Shown here: positions 19,846 to 29,455 of the stretch, piece by piece
How the letters are laid out: each line of letters opens with the position of its first letter
How positions within the stretch are numbered: position 1 is the stretch's first letter
Source: a virus
Taxonomy: Duplodnaviria; Heunggongvirae; Uroviricota; Caudoviricetes
Virus record (IMG/VR): IMGVR_UViG_3300028591_000093
Coordinates: 80,765-144,764 of that record
DNA: 64,000 nt
Reading direction: 5' to 3' (one strand)
The notes under the pieces: model-generated
The model's database searches: none
Told to the model about the DNA's origin: nothing
Seen by the model: the letters and a program-made list of their open reading frames with translations, nothing else
Program-made: the position numbers and the translations under genes

Positions 19846-20116
19846 AACTAAAGATATGGTTGTGAAGCCTGAACATTACAATCAAAATGGCTTACAGGCT
19901 ATTGATGTAATGCTGGCATTTAATGGCACAGAAAGTGTAAAAGAGCACTGTGCTAATACTGCATTAAAATATCTTCTAAGAAGAACCCATAAATTTAATT
20001 CATCAGAGGATATTCATAAGTGCATATGGTATCTATTGAAGTACCTACAAATTGAATGTGGTAATGATGATGTTACTACATTTATACAAGGCTTTATACA
20101 AAGCCAAATTCATTAA
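19817..20116 (+). CDS. DUF3310 (SaV-like) protein
   Basis: VKPEHYNQ, AIDVM, ALKYLLR, EDIHKCIWYL; the true start may be slightly downstream. Confidence 0.8.
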   Translation: MLLLDMSMNETKDMVVKPEHYNQNGLQAIDVMLAFNGTESVKEHCANTALKYLLRRTHKFNSSEDIHKCIWYLLKYLQIECGNDDVTTFIQGFIQSQIH

Positions 20117-20139
20117 AAACTTTTTAAACATTTAGAATT

Positions 20140-20739
20140 ATGGAAGTAAGAAATGTGATTATCGTAAGTAATGCAGCTAACAGAAGATATACTCTTGAGA
20201 CCGCAGCTGAGACTCTTGGCCAACTTAAGGCTGATATGAGAGAGGCTCATATTGATTATGAAGGTATGACCTTCATGGAGGGTCTTACTAAGACTGAGCT
20301 CCTCAATGATAGTAGCTTGCTACCAAGAGATGTTGTTAGAGGTGAAGGCACCACTAATGAACTGGTATTCTTGCTGACTGTAGCAAATAAGAAGATTAAG
20401 TCTGGTACTGACTATGTAACTCTTAGAGCAACTGTTGGTGCAAGCCAGGCAATGAAGGATTATATCCAAAAGACCTATGGTAGAAACTACACCAATGTAG
20501 GTGCTAGTGTTCTTGAGGCAGTTGTAAAGCACTTCAGTGCTAAGACCGCAGCTCCTGCACAAAATGCTTGCAGTAGTGCTGTAGCATTGAAGAAGTTAGC
20601 TGATGCTCTGAAGCATAACGGCTATCTGACTACTTCTCAGTACAATGATGTTGTTGGTTCTATTGGCCAAGCATCTGTTGATGAGAAGATTGGTTCTTAT
20701 ACCAAGTCTGAAATTGATGCTATTGTAGCTAGCATCTAA
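20140..20739 (+). CDS. Ubiquitin-like (beta-grasp) precursor with internal KIKSG and a ~110-aa C-terminal extension
   Basis: Residues 1-89 show a beta-beta-alpha-beta-beta pattern ending LVFLLTVANKKIKSG; first gene of the E2-JAB-E1 cluster. Confidence 0.6.
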   Translation: MEVRNVIIVSNAANRRYTLETAAETLGQLKADMREAHIDYEGMTFMEGLTKTELLNDSSLLPRDVVRGEGTTNELVFLLTVANKKIKSGTDYVTLRATVGASQAMKDYIQKTYGRNYTNVGASVLEAVVKHFSAKTAAPAQNACSSAVALKKLADALKHNGYLTTSQYNDVVGSIGQASVDEKIGSYTKSEIDAIVASI

Positions 20740-20749
20740 TGTTGTTTTT

Positions 20750-20790
20750 AAGGTTAGGGAGGTAAAACTCCCTAACCTTCTTTTTATTTT
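20750..20790 (+). terminator. Rho-independent terminator after the Ubl gene
   Basis: 12-bp perfect stem AAGGTTAGGGAG / CTCCCTAACCTT followed by a T tract. Confidence 0.88.
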
Positions 20791-20804
20791 CTAATCTTAA
20801 GAAT

Positions 20805-22178
20805 ATGACAGGTTTAGAGCGATTAGAAAAGGAAATTTTAACTCCTTATATTGATACCTTGAATACTGAAAATATTGGTAAAATATATAAAGTATTTCAA
20901 GATTATTATGGAGAGCAAAGGGTTGATTTGCAATTTAGTCATAAATATAATGATGCTGAAGAGCTTGAACTTGTAAAAGAAAATACAAAGGAAGCTCATG
21001 CAAAACTACTTGCAAAATATGTTTGGAGAAATTGTTCTCCTAGACATATTAGTTATATTCCTAATCTTAGTAGAGGTTATTATGACTATTATACTTTTAA
21101 TAATTGGGATAGTTCTAAGTTAGTAAATGAGTATTTTGAAAAGCTTGTTACATTAGACAAAACTGATATTACAAGGAAACTTAATGTATTTTTCAACAAT
21201 AATCCTATGTTTGTGATTATTGTTCACTTCCCACATGTTGTTATTGAGAATGAAGATGGAAGAAAGCATGAAGCTAATAATTTCTATATCAAAATTCCAC
21301 TTACCAAAGATGCAAAGTTCTGTGGTAACTTCCTTGTAAAAAGAACTACTTTTACTAAGAATGAGTTACAAATAGGTTATATGCACTCTCATTGTCCATC
21401 TAGTACTTGTGACCCTGATAGAGATTGGACTACAAGTTGCCTTGGTTCAGGTCCTATTATTAGAACTGAAAGCAGATTAAGTAGTGTATGTGATTTAGAT
21501 GTATGGATGTTATTCTGTAATGAGCTTGAAAGATATATTTCTGTTGAGTCTCTTAGTGGAGGTCCATACATAAGAATGTCACAAATTCCTGGTAATACTA
21601 ATGAAGGTAGTCTGTTAGGATATAACAATGTAAAACAAATGAATATTCCTCTTAACAAGGAGAATTTTAGAGGTATGAACAGCACTGTTTATAATACTTA
21701 TTTTCATCCTTTTATTAGAGAATATGCAAGTAGTTTCAACTTACCATTTAGAAGATTAGATGGTCAAATCAAACCTGGATTCACATATGATGAATTTCTA
21801 ATTAACATCAGTCAAGCATTTATTACTTATATTAACAATTTAAGTAGAATCTCTAATGATAGTCTTTCTATGATTAAAGAAACTGTTCTTGTTGAAGCCG
21901 CTATGGTCAATGAGTCAATTCATTTAATAAATAGAAGACAAGGAAGTAGAGATGCTTGGAGAAGTTATGTACCAAAAATTGGTCATGTAATTGGAATATT
22001 TCATGGTGAACCATTAACTTTCCAAATTGAAGATAACATTCCATTAGTTGAAGAGAATCATGCATTTAGAATCATGCATCCTAGATGGGCTGGCCCTATC
22101 CTTCAACTGATTATAGATTTACTTAATATAGAATATGGCAGAGAAGTTAATTCTAGTCAAGCAAGACTCTACATATAA
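20805..22178 (+). CDS. Prokaryotic E2/UBC-like conjugating protein
   Basis: YMHSH...SCLGSGP resembles the E2 HPN...CL active-site segment; lies between the Ubl and JAB genes. Confidence 0.6.
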   Translation: MTGLERLEKEILTPYIDTLNTENIGKIYKVFQDYYGEQRVDLQFSHKYNDAEELELVKENTKEAHAKLLAKYVWRNCSPRHISYIPNLSRGYYDYYTFNNWDSSKLVNEYFEKLVTLDKTDITRKLNVFFNNNPMFVIIVHFPHVVIENEDGRKHEANNFYIKIPLTKDAKFCGNFLVKRTTFTKNELQIGYMHSHCPSSTCDPDRDWTTSCLGSGPIIRTESRLSSVCDLDVWMLFCNELERYISVESLSGGPYIRMSQIPGNTNEGSLLGYNNVKQMNIPLNKENFRGMNSTVYNTYFHPFIREYASSFNLPFRRLDGQIKPGFTYDEFLINISQAFITYINNLSRISNDSLSMIKETVLVEAAMVNESIHLINRRQGSRDAWRSYVPKIGHVIGIFHGEPLTFQIEDNIPLVEENHAFRIMHPRWAGPILQLIIDLLNIEYGREVNSSQARLYI

Positions 22179-23637
22179 GATAGTAGTTCCTGAAAATGTA
22201 GAGGAGAAAATTAGATTCCTTTGTGCGCAAGTACATGAAGTAGAATGGTCAGGAATCTTGTTCTACAAGAAAGCAGGAACAATGGAAAACAGTGATTTAG
22301 TTATCACTTGTGTTGATATATTCCCGATGGATATTGGCACATCAACTTACACTGAGTTTGATAACTCTCCTGATGCTGTAAGTTATATGTGTGACCATCC
22401 TGAATTACTTAGCCCTGATGTTTATAATGGGCTCATTCATAGCCATAACAATATGGCAACTTTCTTTAGTGGAACAGATACTTCCACACTCTTAGATGAG
22501 GGTAAAGATAGAAACCATTTTGTTTCTCTTATTGTAAATAATGCTGGTACATATACAGCAGCAATTACAAGAAAGGCTGTTAAGGATTTGACAATTAGTG
22601 GTACACTCAAATATAAAACTTTTGATGATAAGGAAGTTGAACTGGGAGATATTGAACCAGTTAAAACTCAATCCACAGTTGTAGAATATTTCATGCTAGA
22701 AGTAGAGAAGCATGAAGCTCAAGTCAGTCTGAAGAAAGAACTTGAGGAAGCATTTTCTTCCACAATGGAAGTACTCAAATCTAAAGTACCTGCTGACAAT
22801 GCAGTACAAATTAGAGATAACTTTGTTGAGGATATGGTAAATAGTCTCATCAGAGGTGTATCTGATGTTAAATTTGAGGAAACTAAGAAGAGACTTGATG
22901 ATATTAGAGAAGCAAAGAAGAAGAAAACAACTCCTGTTTATGGTAGTGGTTATCCTTATGCAGGTAGTTATCCAACTGCACAAAGACCTTCTTTTGGTAC
23001 TGGTGTAGGTGGTGGTTATGCAGGTGCTTCTGCTTCAACAAACTTTGCAAGAACTAAAGGTCAAGTTTACATTCCTGGTAAAGGCTGGGTAGATAAAGAT
23101 ACTGATGAAGTAATTACACCAGCTAGTTCACTTCTTGGTAATAAAAATAAACCTAAAGTAACTTCAGAACCTCTTGGGCCCTCTGAACCTGATGAACTCA
23201 ATTTTGATTGGGAAGATGCTGGTTCTGCTTGGGCCCATTGCAGGCAAGAAATGAAAGAGGAGAATGCCAAGAACCATGAAGAAAAAGACAAGAAAATCGA
23301 AGAAGAAATACAGGCATTGATTGACAAAGCCATGTATTATTTGTTAACTGGAGATATTGATGGTCCAAACTTGAATAGTGATTATGAAGCTTGGGCTATG
23401 CAATCAGGATATGTATATTCTAGACAATTTTCTACTTTAGAAGATTTTAAGAGATTTGCAGATATGCAAGTTGATTATATTTATGAAGTAGCAAGTGATA
23501 AGTTAGATGGTTTGGAAGGTGAAATTGAAAACTTCTCTGATGAGTTTATGGATAGACTTGCAGAGGAGATGAACAAACTGTCTAATAAGAATGTATATAT
23601 CAAACACTATATCTCCCAAATTGAAAGATTAGCTTAA
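22135..23637 (+). CDS. JAB/MPN+ metalloprotease (deubiquitinase-like) with C-terminal low-complexity and helical regions
   Basis: EWSG ... HSHNNMATFFSGTD matches the E...HxH-x7-S-x2-D JAMM motif. Confidence 0.88.
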   Translation: MAEKLILVKQDSTYKIVVPENVEEKIRFLCAQVHEVEWSGILFYKKAGTMENSDLVITCVDIFPMDIGTSTYTEFDNSPDAVSYMCDHPELLSPDVYNGLIHSHNNMATFFSGTDTSTLLDEGKDRNHFVSLIVNNAGTYTAAITRKAVKDLTISGTLKYKTFDDKEVELGDIEPVKTQSTVVEYFMLEVEKHEAQVSLKKELEEAFSSTMEVLKSKVPADNAVQIRDNFVEDMVNSLIRGVSDVKFEETKKRLDDIREAKKKKTTPVYGSGYPYAGSYPTAQRPSFGTGVGGGYAGASASTNFARTKGQVYIPGKGWVDKDTDEVITPASSLLGNKNKPKVTSEPLGPSEPDELNFDWEDAGSAWAHCRQEMKEENAKNHEEKDKKIEEEIQALIDKAMYYLLTGDIDGPNLNSDYEAWAMQSGYVYSRQFSTLEDFKRFADMQVDYIYEVASDKLDGLEGEIENFSDEFMDRLAEEMNKLSNKNVYIKHYISQIERLA

Positions 23638-23638
23638 T

Positions 23639-25072
23639 ATGGAAGAAATAGATGCTACTTTACTTAGTGTAGATGAAATTATAAATCTATATCCAGAAGC
23701 TGAATTACCTGCTGTAGCTGAGGCTGCTCGTGCTGCTTATGCAACAAGAGTAGCTGAAGCTGCTAATATTCAACAATTAGCACAAGGCCCTGCTGTAGAT
23801 TCAGGTTCTGCTCCTGAGAGTATATCAGAAGCTATTAACAGACTTGTTAATGAGCAAAATACTGTACAAGAAACTCCTTCAGAAGTAGCAGAAGCTGTTT
23901 CAGCTGAAACACTTATAACAGATGTTGCTGGTTCTGGTCCTGCTATTGCAGTAGATACTACAATTGCTACAGAAGCAGTTGCGACTGCTCCTACTAGAAG
24001 AAGAAGGTTTACTAGTAGAACTACTCCTATTGTTGAGATGATTCCAGAAAGTGCTCCAGCAGAAGAACAAACTGTAAATGCAAGTGCTCCTGCTTCTGCT
24101 GACCCTCAAATTCCGCAAGGAATTATGGAAGCAGCTGCTGCATCAGAACCTGTAGCTGAAGCTCTTGGAGAATTGTCTCAAGCAATTGAAGAAACTGTTG
24201 CAACTGATGCTGGTACTAGTGTTGCTGCTAGTTCAACAGATGATGCTGCACTAGCTGAAGCTGCTCCCGAAAGTGCTCCTGAAGCAGCACAGCCTGCACA
24301 AGGTCCACAGGTAACTGTTGAAGTACAAAATAATAGAATACCTAATATACCAGTAGATGCAGTGTCTACTGATATTGGTAGTAGATTCAGTGGAGCAACT
24401 TGGTTTGATGCAATGCAAAGAACTAAAATTATAGTTGCTGGATGTGGAGGTATTGGTAGTTGGTTTACTTTGTTAGCAGCAAGAGCTAACCCTGAAAGTA
24501 TCCAACTATTTGATGCAGATGTTGTAGAATCTGCAAATCTTAGTGGTCAGTTATTCTCCATAGACCATGTTGGTATGTCCAAAGTAGCTGCACTTGCAAG
24601 TGTAGTACAAACTTTCTGTAACTATAATAGAATAGAGACTTTCCAAAGTTTCTATACTGGTAGAACCAGACAAGTTGGACCTATTATGGTTTGTGGTTTT
24701 GATAATATGGTTGCTAGAAAAGTATTCTTCTATAAATGGAAAGAATATGCAGAGAGTCATCCTAATGAGAGATGTCTCTTTATTGATGGTAGATTGAATG
24801 CAGAACAATATCAAGTATTCTGTATTACTGGAGACAGACATGACCTTATGAGTAGATATGAGTCTGAGTGGTTATTTGAAGATGATGAAGCTGATGGAGT
24901 ATTGTGCTCTTATAAGCAAACTTCTTATTGTGCTGCTATGATTGGTGCAATGATGAATAACTTACTTGTTAACTTTATCTTTAATGGGGAAAGTAATATC
25001 TTGTATCCAAGAGATTTACCATTTTTAACAGTATATGAAGCAGACCAACTATTCTTAAGAACAAGGGTATGA
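23639..25072 (+). CDS. ThiF/E1-like activating enzyme with a ~240-aa Ala/Glu/Pro-rich N-terminal extension
   Basis: GCGGIGS, D-x-D-x-VE-x-x-NL-x-x-Q, K, CGFDN, DGR; candidate catalytic Cys in VLCSYKQT. Confidence 0.9.
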   Translation: MEEIDATLLSVDEIINLYPEAELPAVAEAARAAYATRVAEAANIQQLAQGPAVDSGSAPESISEAINRLVNEQNTVQETPSEVAEAVSAETLITDVAGSGPAIAVDTTIATEAVATAPTRRRRFTSRTTPIVEMIPESAPAEEQTVNASAPASADPQIPQGIMEAAAASEPVAEALGELSQAIEETVATDAGTSVAASSTDDAALAEAAPESAPEAAQPAQGPQVTVEVQNNRIPNIPVDAVSTDIGSRFSGATWFDAMQRTKIIVAGCGGIGSWFTLLAARANPESIQLFDADVVESANLSGQLFSIDHVGMSKVAALASVVQTFCNYNRIETFQSFYTGRTRQVGPIMVCGFDNMVARKVFFYKWKEYAESHPNERCLFIDGRLNAEQYQVFCITGDRHDLMSRYESEWLFEDDEADGVLCSYKQTSYCAAMIGAMMNNLLVNFIFNGESNILYPRDLPFLTVYEADQLFLRTRV

Positions 25073-25773
25073 CACAGTTTGAGAGAAATCTGGCAGAATG
25101 TTACAAATATGCTGGACAGTTAGACAATCAAACTAATTGTGATAATATCTTTAGAATAGCTCATCAAAGTTCTATGTACTTCAAAGTAATGAAACTTACA
25201 AATGGTGATGTTGAAATTCCACTCTTTCTTTATCGTACTTGGCTTGGTTCCAAGAGAGATAATGATAGAATGGAATATGTTATCAATGTGCCATTCTCAG
25301 ATGAGGTACCTATAAAAGTTGCTGCTAAAACTTCTTTACTTACTTATATGAATAATAAGTATCAACCTTATAGAAGATTAGTAGCAGTTACTTTGAATGA
25401 TAAAAGGTATTATGTTGCACCAGGAATTATTCTTGATGCAAACCTTAATATACTGTTAATGTATACTATCAAGCATCAGAGTAAAGATATAACTGTTTAT
25501 GTAAACAGTGAACTTTATCATAACCCTGATGATTTTGATAAGATGCTTACAGGAAAAGTTTTTGCCTTTCTAGCATCAAATGACATTGTTACTGAAAATG
25601 AGGATGATGTTCAACCAAACTTAATTGTTAGTAAGAACATAACTGACTTTTTAGTATTGCCAACTAAAGTATTAAAAAGAGATTCTATGTTTGATTTGAA
25701 TGTTAATTGCAACAGGATTATCAGAGATAGACTCTTAGCAGCTTTTGATTTGAAATATAACAATGCCCACTAG
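25069..25773 (+). CDS. Hypothetical protein coupled to E1
   Basis: 234-aa ORF with ATGA overlap to E1; ends in TAG. Confidence 0.75.
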   Translation: MTQFERNLAECYKYAGQLDNQTNCDNIFRIAHQSSMYFKVMKLTNGDVEIPLFLYRTWLGSKRDNDRMEYVINVPFSDEVPIKVAAKTSLLTYMNNKYQPYRRLVAVTLNDKRYYVAPGIILDANLNILLMYTIKHQSKDITVYVNSELYHNPDDFDKMLTGKVFAFLASNDIVTENEDDVQPNLIVSKNITDFLVLPTKVLKRDSMFDLNVNCNRIIRDRLLAAFDLKYNNAH

Positions 25774-26209
25774 ACATAAGGTTAATAAGAAAGTCAAAAA
25801 TGCTGTTGCTAAAATGTATTCAGGAATTCAATTTAAATCCCTCCTTGAGGTAAGAGTGTTTAAAGCTCTCCAAGAGGGGGGATTTAATCCTGAGTATGAA
25901 CAAACTAAATTCATCATTTGGAATGGATTTAAACCTTCTGTTAAATTCTTTGATAGAGATAAGAAATTAGGAGTACTTAAATTACAAGATAAGAAAGTCT
26001 TACCTATAACTTATACTCCTGATATAACTTTCTTTTACAAAGGAAAGCTTATTATTATTGAAGTCAAAGGATTTGAAACAGATGTGTTTCTGATTAAAAG
26101 AAAGCTTTTTAGAGGATATTTGGAAGCTAATAAGATAGATTGCTTGTATTTTCAGATATATGACAGTTCAACATTACAACAGGCAATAACTATTATAAAA
26201 AGTTTATGA
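25763..26209 (+). CDS. PD-(D/E)xK endonuclease (DUF1064-like)
   Basis: FKSLLE, ITYTPD and IIEVKG. Confidence 0.82.
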   Translation: MPTRHKVNKKVKNAVAKMYSGIQFKSLLEVRVFKALQEGGFNPEYEQTKFIIWNGFKPSVKFFDRDKKLGVLKLQDKKVLPITYTPDITFFYKGKLIIIEVKGFETDVFLIKRKLFRGYLEANKIDCLYFQIYDSSTLQQAITIIKSL

Positions 26210-27252
26210 GTAAATCTCTTTATGACATTTCATGGCAAGTATCAGAAACAGAGTATAGAAATGACCCAGCTTTAAGTTATTCTACTATTGCTAAATTTGA
26301 TAGGACTGGTTTTGACCAACTATCACATCTGTTTGAACAGCAAGAGTCTGCATCACTTACATTTGGTAGTGCTGTAGATTCTATTATAACAGGTGGTATG
26401 CAAGAGTTCAATGATAGATTTGCAGTATGCAATTTTAGTGCAATCTCACCTGCTATTCAAAGCATTGTTGATTTTCTATTTGGTAAATATCATGAAATGT
26501 ATAATACTCTACAAGAAATCCCTAGTGAGGAAATTTTAACAGTAATCAAGAATTTTGATTATCAAAGAAATTGGAGGGATGAAAATAGAGTAAATTCTAT
26601 TCTTCAAAAAGGTTCTGAATACTATGCTGCACTGAGAAGTGCTTATGGTAAAGAAGCGATTAACCAAGAAACCTTTGATGAAGTATTATCTACAGTAAGA
26701 GCTTTAAAAGAAAGTCCACAGACCAAATGGTACTTTAGAGCAAATAGCATTACTGAAGATGTTGATAGGCTTTATCAACTCAAATTTAAAGCAAACATAA
26801 ATGGTGTAGATTATAGATGCATGGCTGACCTCATAGTGGTAGACTATGCTAACAAAGTAATTTACCCAATAGATTTAAAGACTAGCAGTAAACCAGAATA
26901 TGAATTCTACAAGAGTTTTATTCAATGGAGCTATAGTCAACAAGCTAGACTTTACTGGCTTATTATTAGGAAGAATCTAGATGAAGACCCGTTCTTTAAG
27001 GATTTTGTTTTGGATGATTATAGGTTTATTGTAGCTAATAAGAGAACTCTTACACCATTAGTGTGGAAGTATGATGATACTCAAAAAAGAGGAACTCTTA
27101 TATATGGTATGAACCATAATATAGTGCTGAGGGACCCTCTTGAAGTAGGACAAGAGCTTAATGATTATCTTAGAACTAATCCAGATGTACCGCAAGGTAT
27201 AAACAAAGAAGGGGATAACAATATAATTGAATGGCTAAATAAGATACCATGA
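26206..27252 (+). CDS. PD-(D/E)xK exonuclease (RecE/Cas4-like superfamily)
   Basis: LSYS, FGSAVD, ADL, IDLKT and QARLY. Confidence 0.82.
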   Translation: MSKSLYDISWQVSETEYRNDPALSYSTIAKFDRTGFDQLSHLFEQQESASLTFGSAVDSIITGGMQEFNDRFAVCNFSAISPAIQSIVDFLFGKYHEMYNTLQEIPSEEILTVIKNFDYQRNWRDENRVNSILQKGSEYYAALRSAYGKEAINQETFDEVLSTVRALKESPQTKWYFRANSITEDVDRLYQLKFKANINGVDYRCMADLIVVDYANKVIYPIDLKTSSKPEYEFYKSFIQWSYSQQARLYWLIIRKNLDEDPFFKDFVLDDYRFIVANKRTLTPLVWKYDDTQKRGTLIYGMNHNIVLRDPLEVGQELNDYLRTNPDVPQGINKEGDNNIIEWLNKIP

Positions 27253-29453
27253 GTAAATTGCAAGTAATCAAAAGGGATGGAACCCTTGTAGATTTTGATG
27301 CTACCAGGGTAAAAAATGCCATTCAGTCTGCTGTGTATGCTACAGGACAATTTATGCCTGTTCCACTTATTGAAAGTTTTGCAAATAACTTAGCAAGTGA
27401 GCTTTGTAAAGATTGTGAACAAATATCTGTGGATTCTATTCAAAATCATGTTGAGAATTGGTTAATGACACAAAATAGTGAAGTTGCTAAAGCTTATATA
27501 TTATATAGGTCTAAACATGATTCTATTAGAGAGTATACACAACACAAAATGGCTTTTATACAAAGATATAAAAAGTCAAATAATACTGCCAATGCTACTA
27601 TTGATGACAATTCAAATGTTGCTAATAAGAACATTGGAGTATTAAACTCTGAAATTCACAAGGAAGATAACTTGCAGATTTCAAGAGCAATGGTAATGCA
27701 AAAACTTATAGAACTTTATCCAGACTTTGATGCTAAGCAGTATCAAAGAGATTTACAATCTCATATCATTTACAAGCATGATGAGAATTCTTTTGCTGGT
27801 GCAATAGCTCCATATTGTTGCAGTATTACCATGTATCCATTCTTAACAAATGGTATAAAAGGGATTGGAGGACTTAGTGCTGCTCCAAAGAATATTGATT
27901 CCTTCTGCGGAATGTATGTTAATCTTATCTTTGCAACTAGTGCTATGTTTGCTGGTGCAGTTGCTACTTCTGAGTTCTTGCTTTATTTCACTTACTTTGC
28001 TAAGAAGGAGTGGGGTGAAGACTTTTGGAGAAATCCAGATAAAGTAATTACTAAGAATAGTAATAAAGAAAAGACTATCAAGAAACAAATACATCAGTAT
28101 TGGCAGCAAGTTATTTATAGCATAAATCAACCAGCTGCTGCAAGAGGAAGTCAATCAGCTTTTGTTAACTTTTCTTATTTTGATAAATATTTCTTTGAAG
28201 GAATGTTTGGAGAATTTATGTTCCCTGATGGTACTAAACCAGATTGGGATTCTCTTAATTGGATTCAAAGAGAATTTATGCAATGGTTTAATCAGGAAAG
28301 ATTAAGATGTATTCTTACTTTCCCTGTAGAATCATTTGCTTTAGTTTATCAAAATGGAGAATTTTTAGACAAGAGTTCAGCAGAGTTTGTTGCTCAGGAG
28401 TATGCTAGAGGACATAGTTTCTTTACATATATTAGTGATACAGTTGATTCTTTATCAAGTTGTTGCAGGTTGAAGAACATGATTACAACTAAGGAGTTTA
28501 ACTTCACTAATGGTAATATGGGTGTACAAACAGGTTCTAAGTCTGTGATTACCAGTAATTTATCTAGAATTATACAGGATTTCTTTAGACAGTTTACTAC
28601 TGATAGAGATACTGTAAAAGCTATGTATTTTGCTGATAAACCAGGAATTCAATCCCAGTTAACTGAATATATAAATAGTATCTTAGAAAGAGTATTTAAA
28701 TATCACATTGCTTATAATGAGTTATTGTGGGATATGTATACTGCTAAGTTACTTCCAGTATATTCTTCTGGTTTTATTAACTTAAACAACCAATACCTTA
28801 CTTTAGGTATAAATGGTTTAAATCAAGCAGCTGAATTTATAGGAATTGAGTGTAATAAGAATAATGAGTACAAAGAATTTTGTAATCTCATTTTCTCTAT
28901 ATTCAAGAACTTTAATACAGCTCACAATGGCAAATATTTTGGCCATAAAGTAACTCTTAATACTGAATGTGTACCTGCTGAAGGTCTTGCTATTAAGAAC
29001 TATAATTGGGACAAAGCTGAAGGTTATTGGGTACCTGAAGATACTAACTTATATGCAAGTTATATCTTTAAACCAAATGATACCAACATTTCTGTACTTG
29101 ATAAGATGATTATGCACGGTACAGAATTCTCAGCAGGAAGTCTTGATGGTGGTCAAGCAGCTCATATAAATCTGGATAAACATCTTTCTGTAGAGCAATA
29201 TAGAAAGTTGCTGGATTTTGCAGGTAAAGTTGGATGTAGCTATTTTACATTTAACATTCCTAATTGTGAATGTGAAGATTGTGGATTTATAGCTAAACAA
29301 CCATTTACAGAATGTCCTAGATGTGGTAGTACTAATACTGCTTTATGGGATAGAGTTATTGGCTATTTAACTAAAGTGAGAAATTGGTCTGAAGGTAGGC
29401 AGATTGAGCAAAAGACTAGATTCTATGCTGATGAATCTGCTTTACAATCATAA
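27249..29453 (+). CDS. nrdD: Anaerobic (class III) ribonucleoside-triphosphate reductase with ATP cone
   Basis: VIKRDG ATP cone, SCCRL, CEDCG/CPRCG Zn site, RVIGYL glycyl-radical motif. Confidence 0.95.
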   Translation: MSKLQVIKRDGTLVDFDATRVKNAIQSAVYATGQFMPVPLIESFANNLASELCKDCEQISVDSIQNHVENWLMTQNSEVAKAYILYRSKHDSIREYTQHKMAFIQRYKKSNNTANATIDDNSNVANKNIGVLNSEIHKEDNLQISRAMVMQKLIELYPDFDAKQYQRDLQSHIIYKHDENSFAGAIAPYCCSITMYPFLTNGIKGIGGLSAAPKNIDSFCGMYVNLIFATSAMFAGAVATSEFLLYFTYFAKKEWGEDFWRNPDKVITKNSNKEKTIKKQIHQYWQQVIYSINQPAAARGSQSAFVNFSYFDKYFFEGMFGEFMFPDGTKPDWDSLNWIQREFMQWFNQERLRCILTFPVESFALVYQNGEFLDKSSAEFVAQEYARGHSFFTYISDTVDSLSSCCRLKNMITTKEFNFTNGNMGVQTGSKSVITSNLSRIIQDFFRQFTTDRDTVKAMYFADKPGIQSQLTEYINSILERVFKYHIAYNELLWDMYTAKLLPVYSSGFINLNNQYLTLGINGLNQAAEFIGIECNKNNEYKEFCNLIFSIFKNFNTAHNGKYFGHKVTLNTECVPAEGLAIKNYNWDKAEGYWVPEDTNLYASYIFKPNDTNISVLDKMIMHGTEFSAGSLDGGQAAHINLDKHLSVEQYRKLLDFAGKVGCSYFTFNIPNCECEDCGFIAKQPFTECPRCGSTNTALWDRVIGYLTKVRNWSEGRQIEQKTRFYADESALQS

Positions 29454-29455
29454 CT

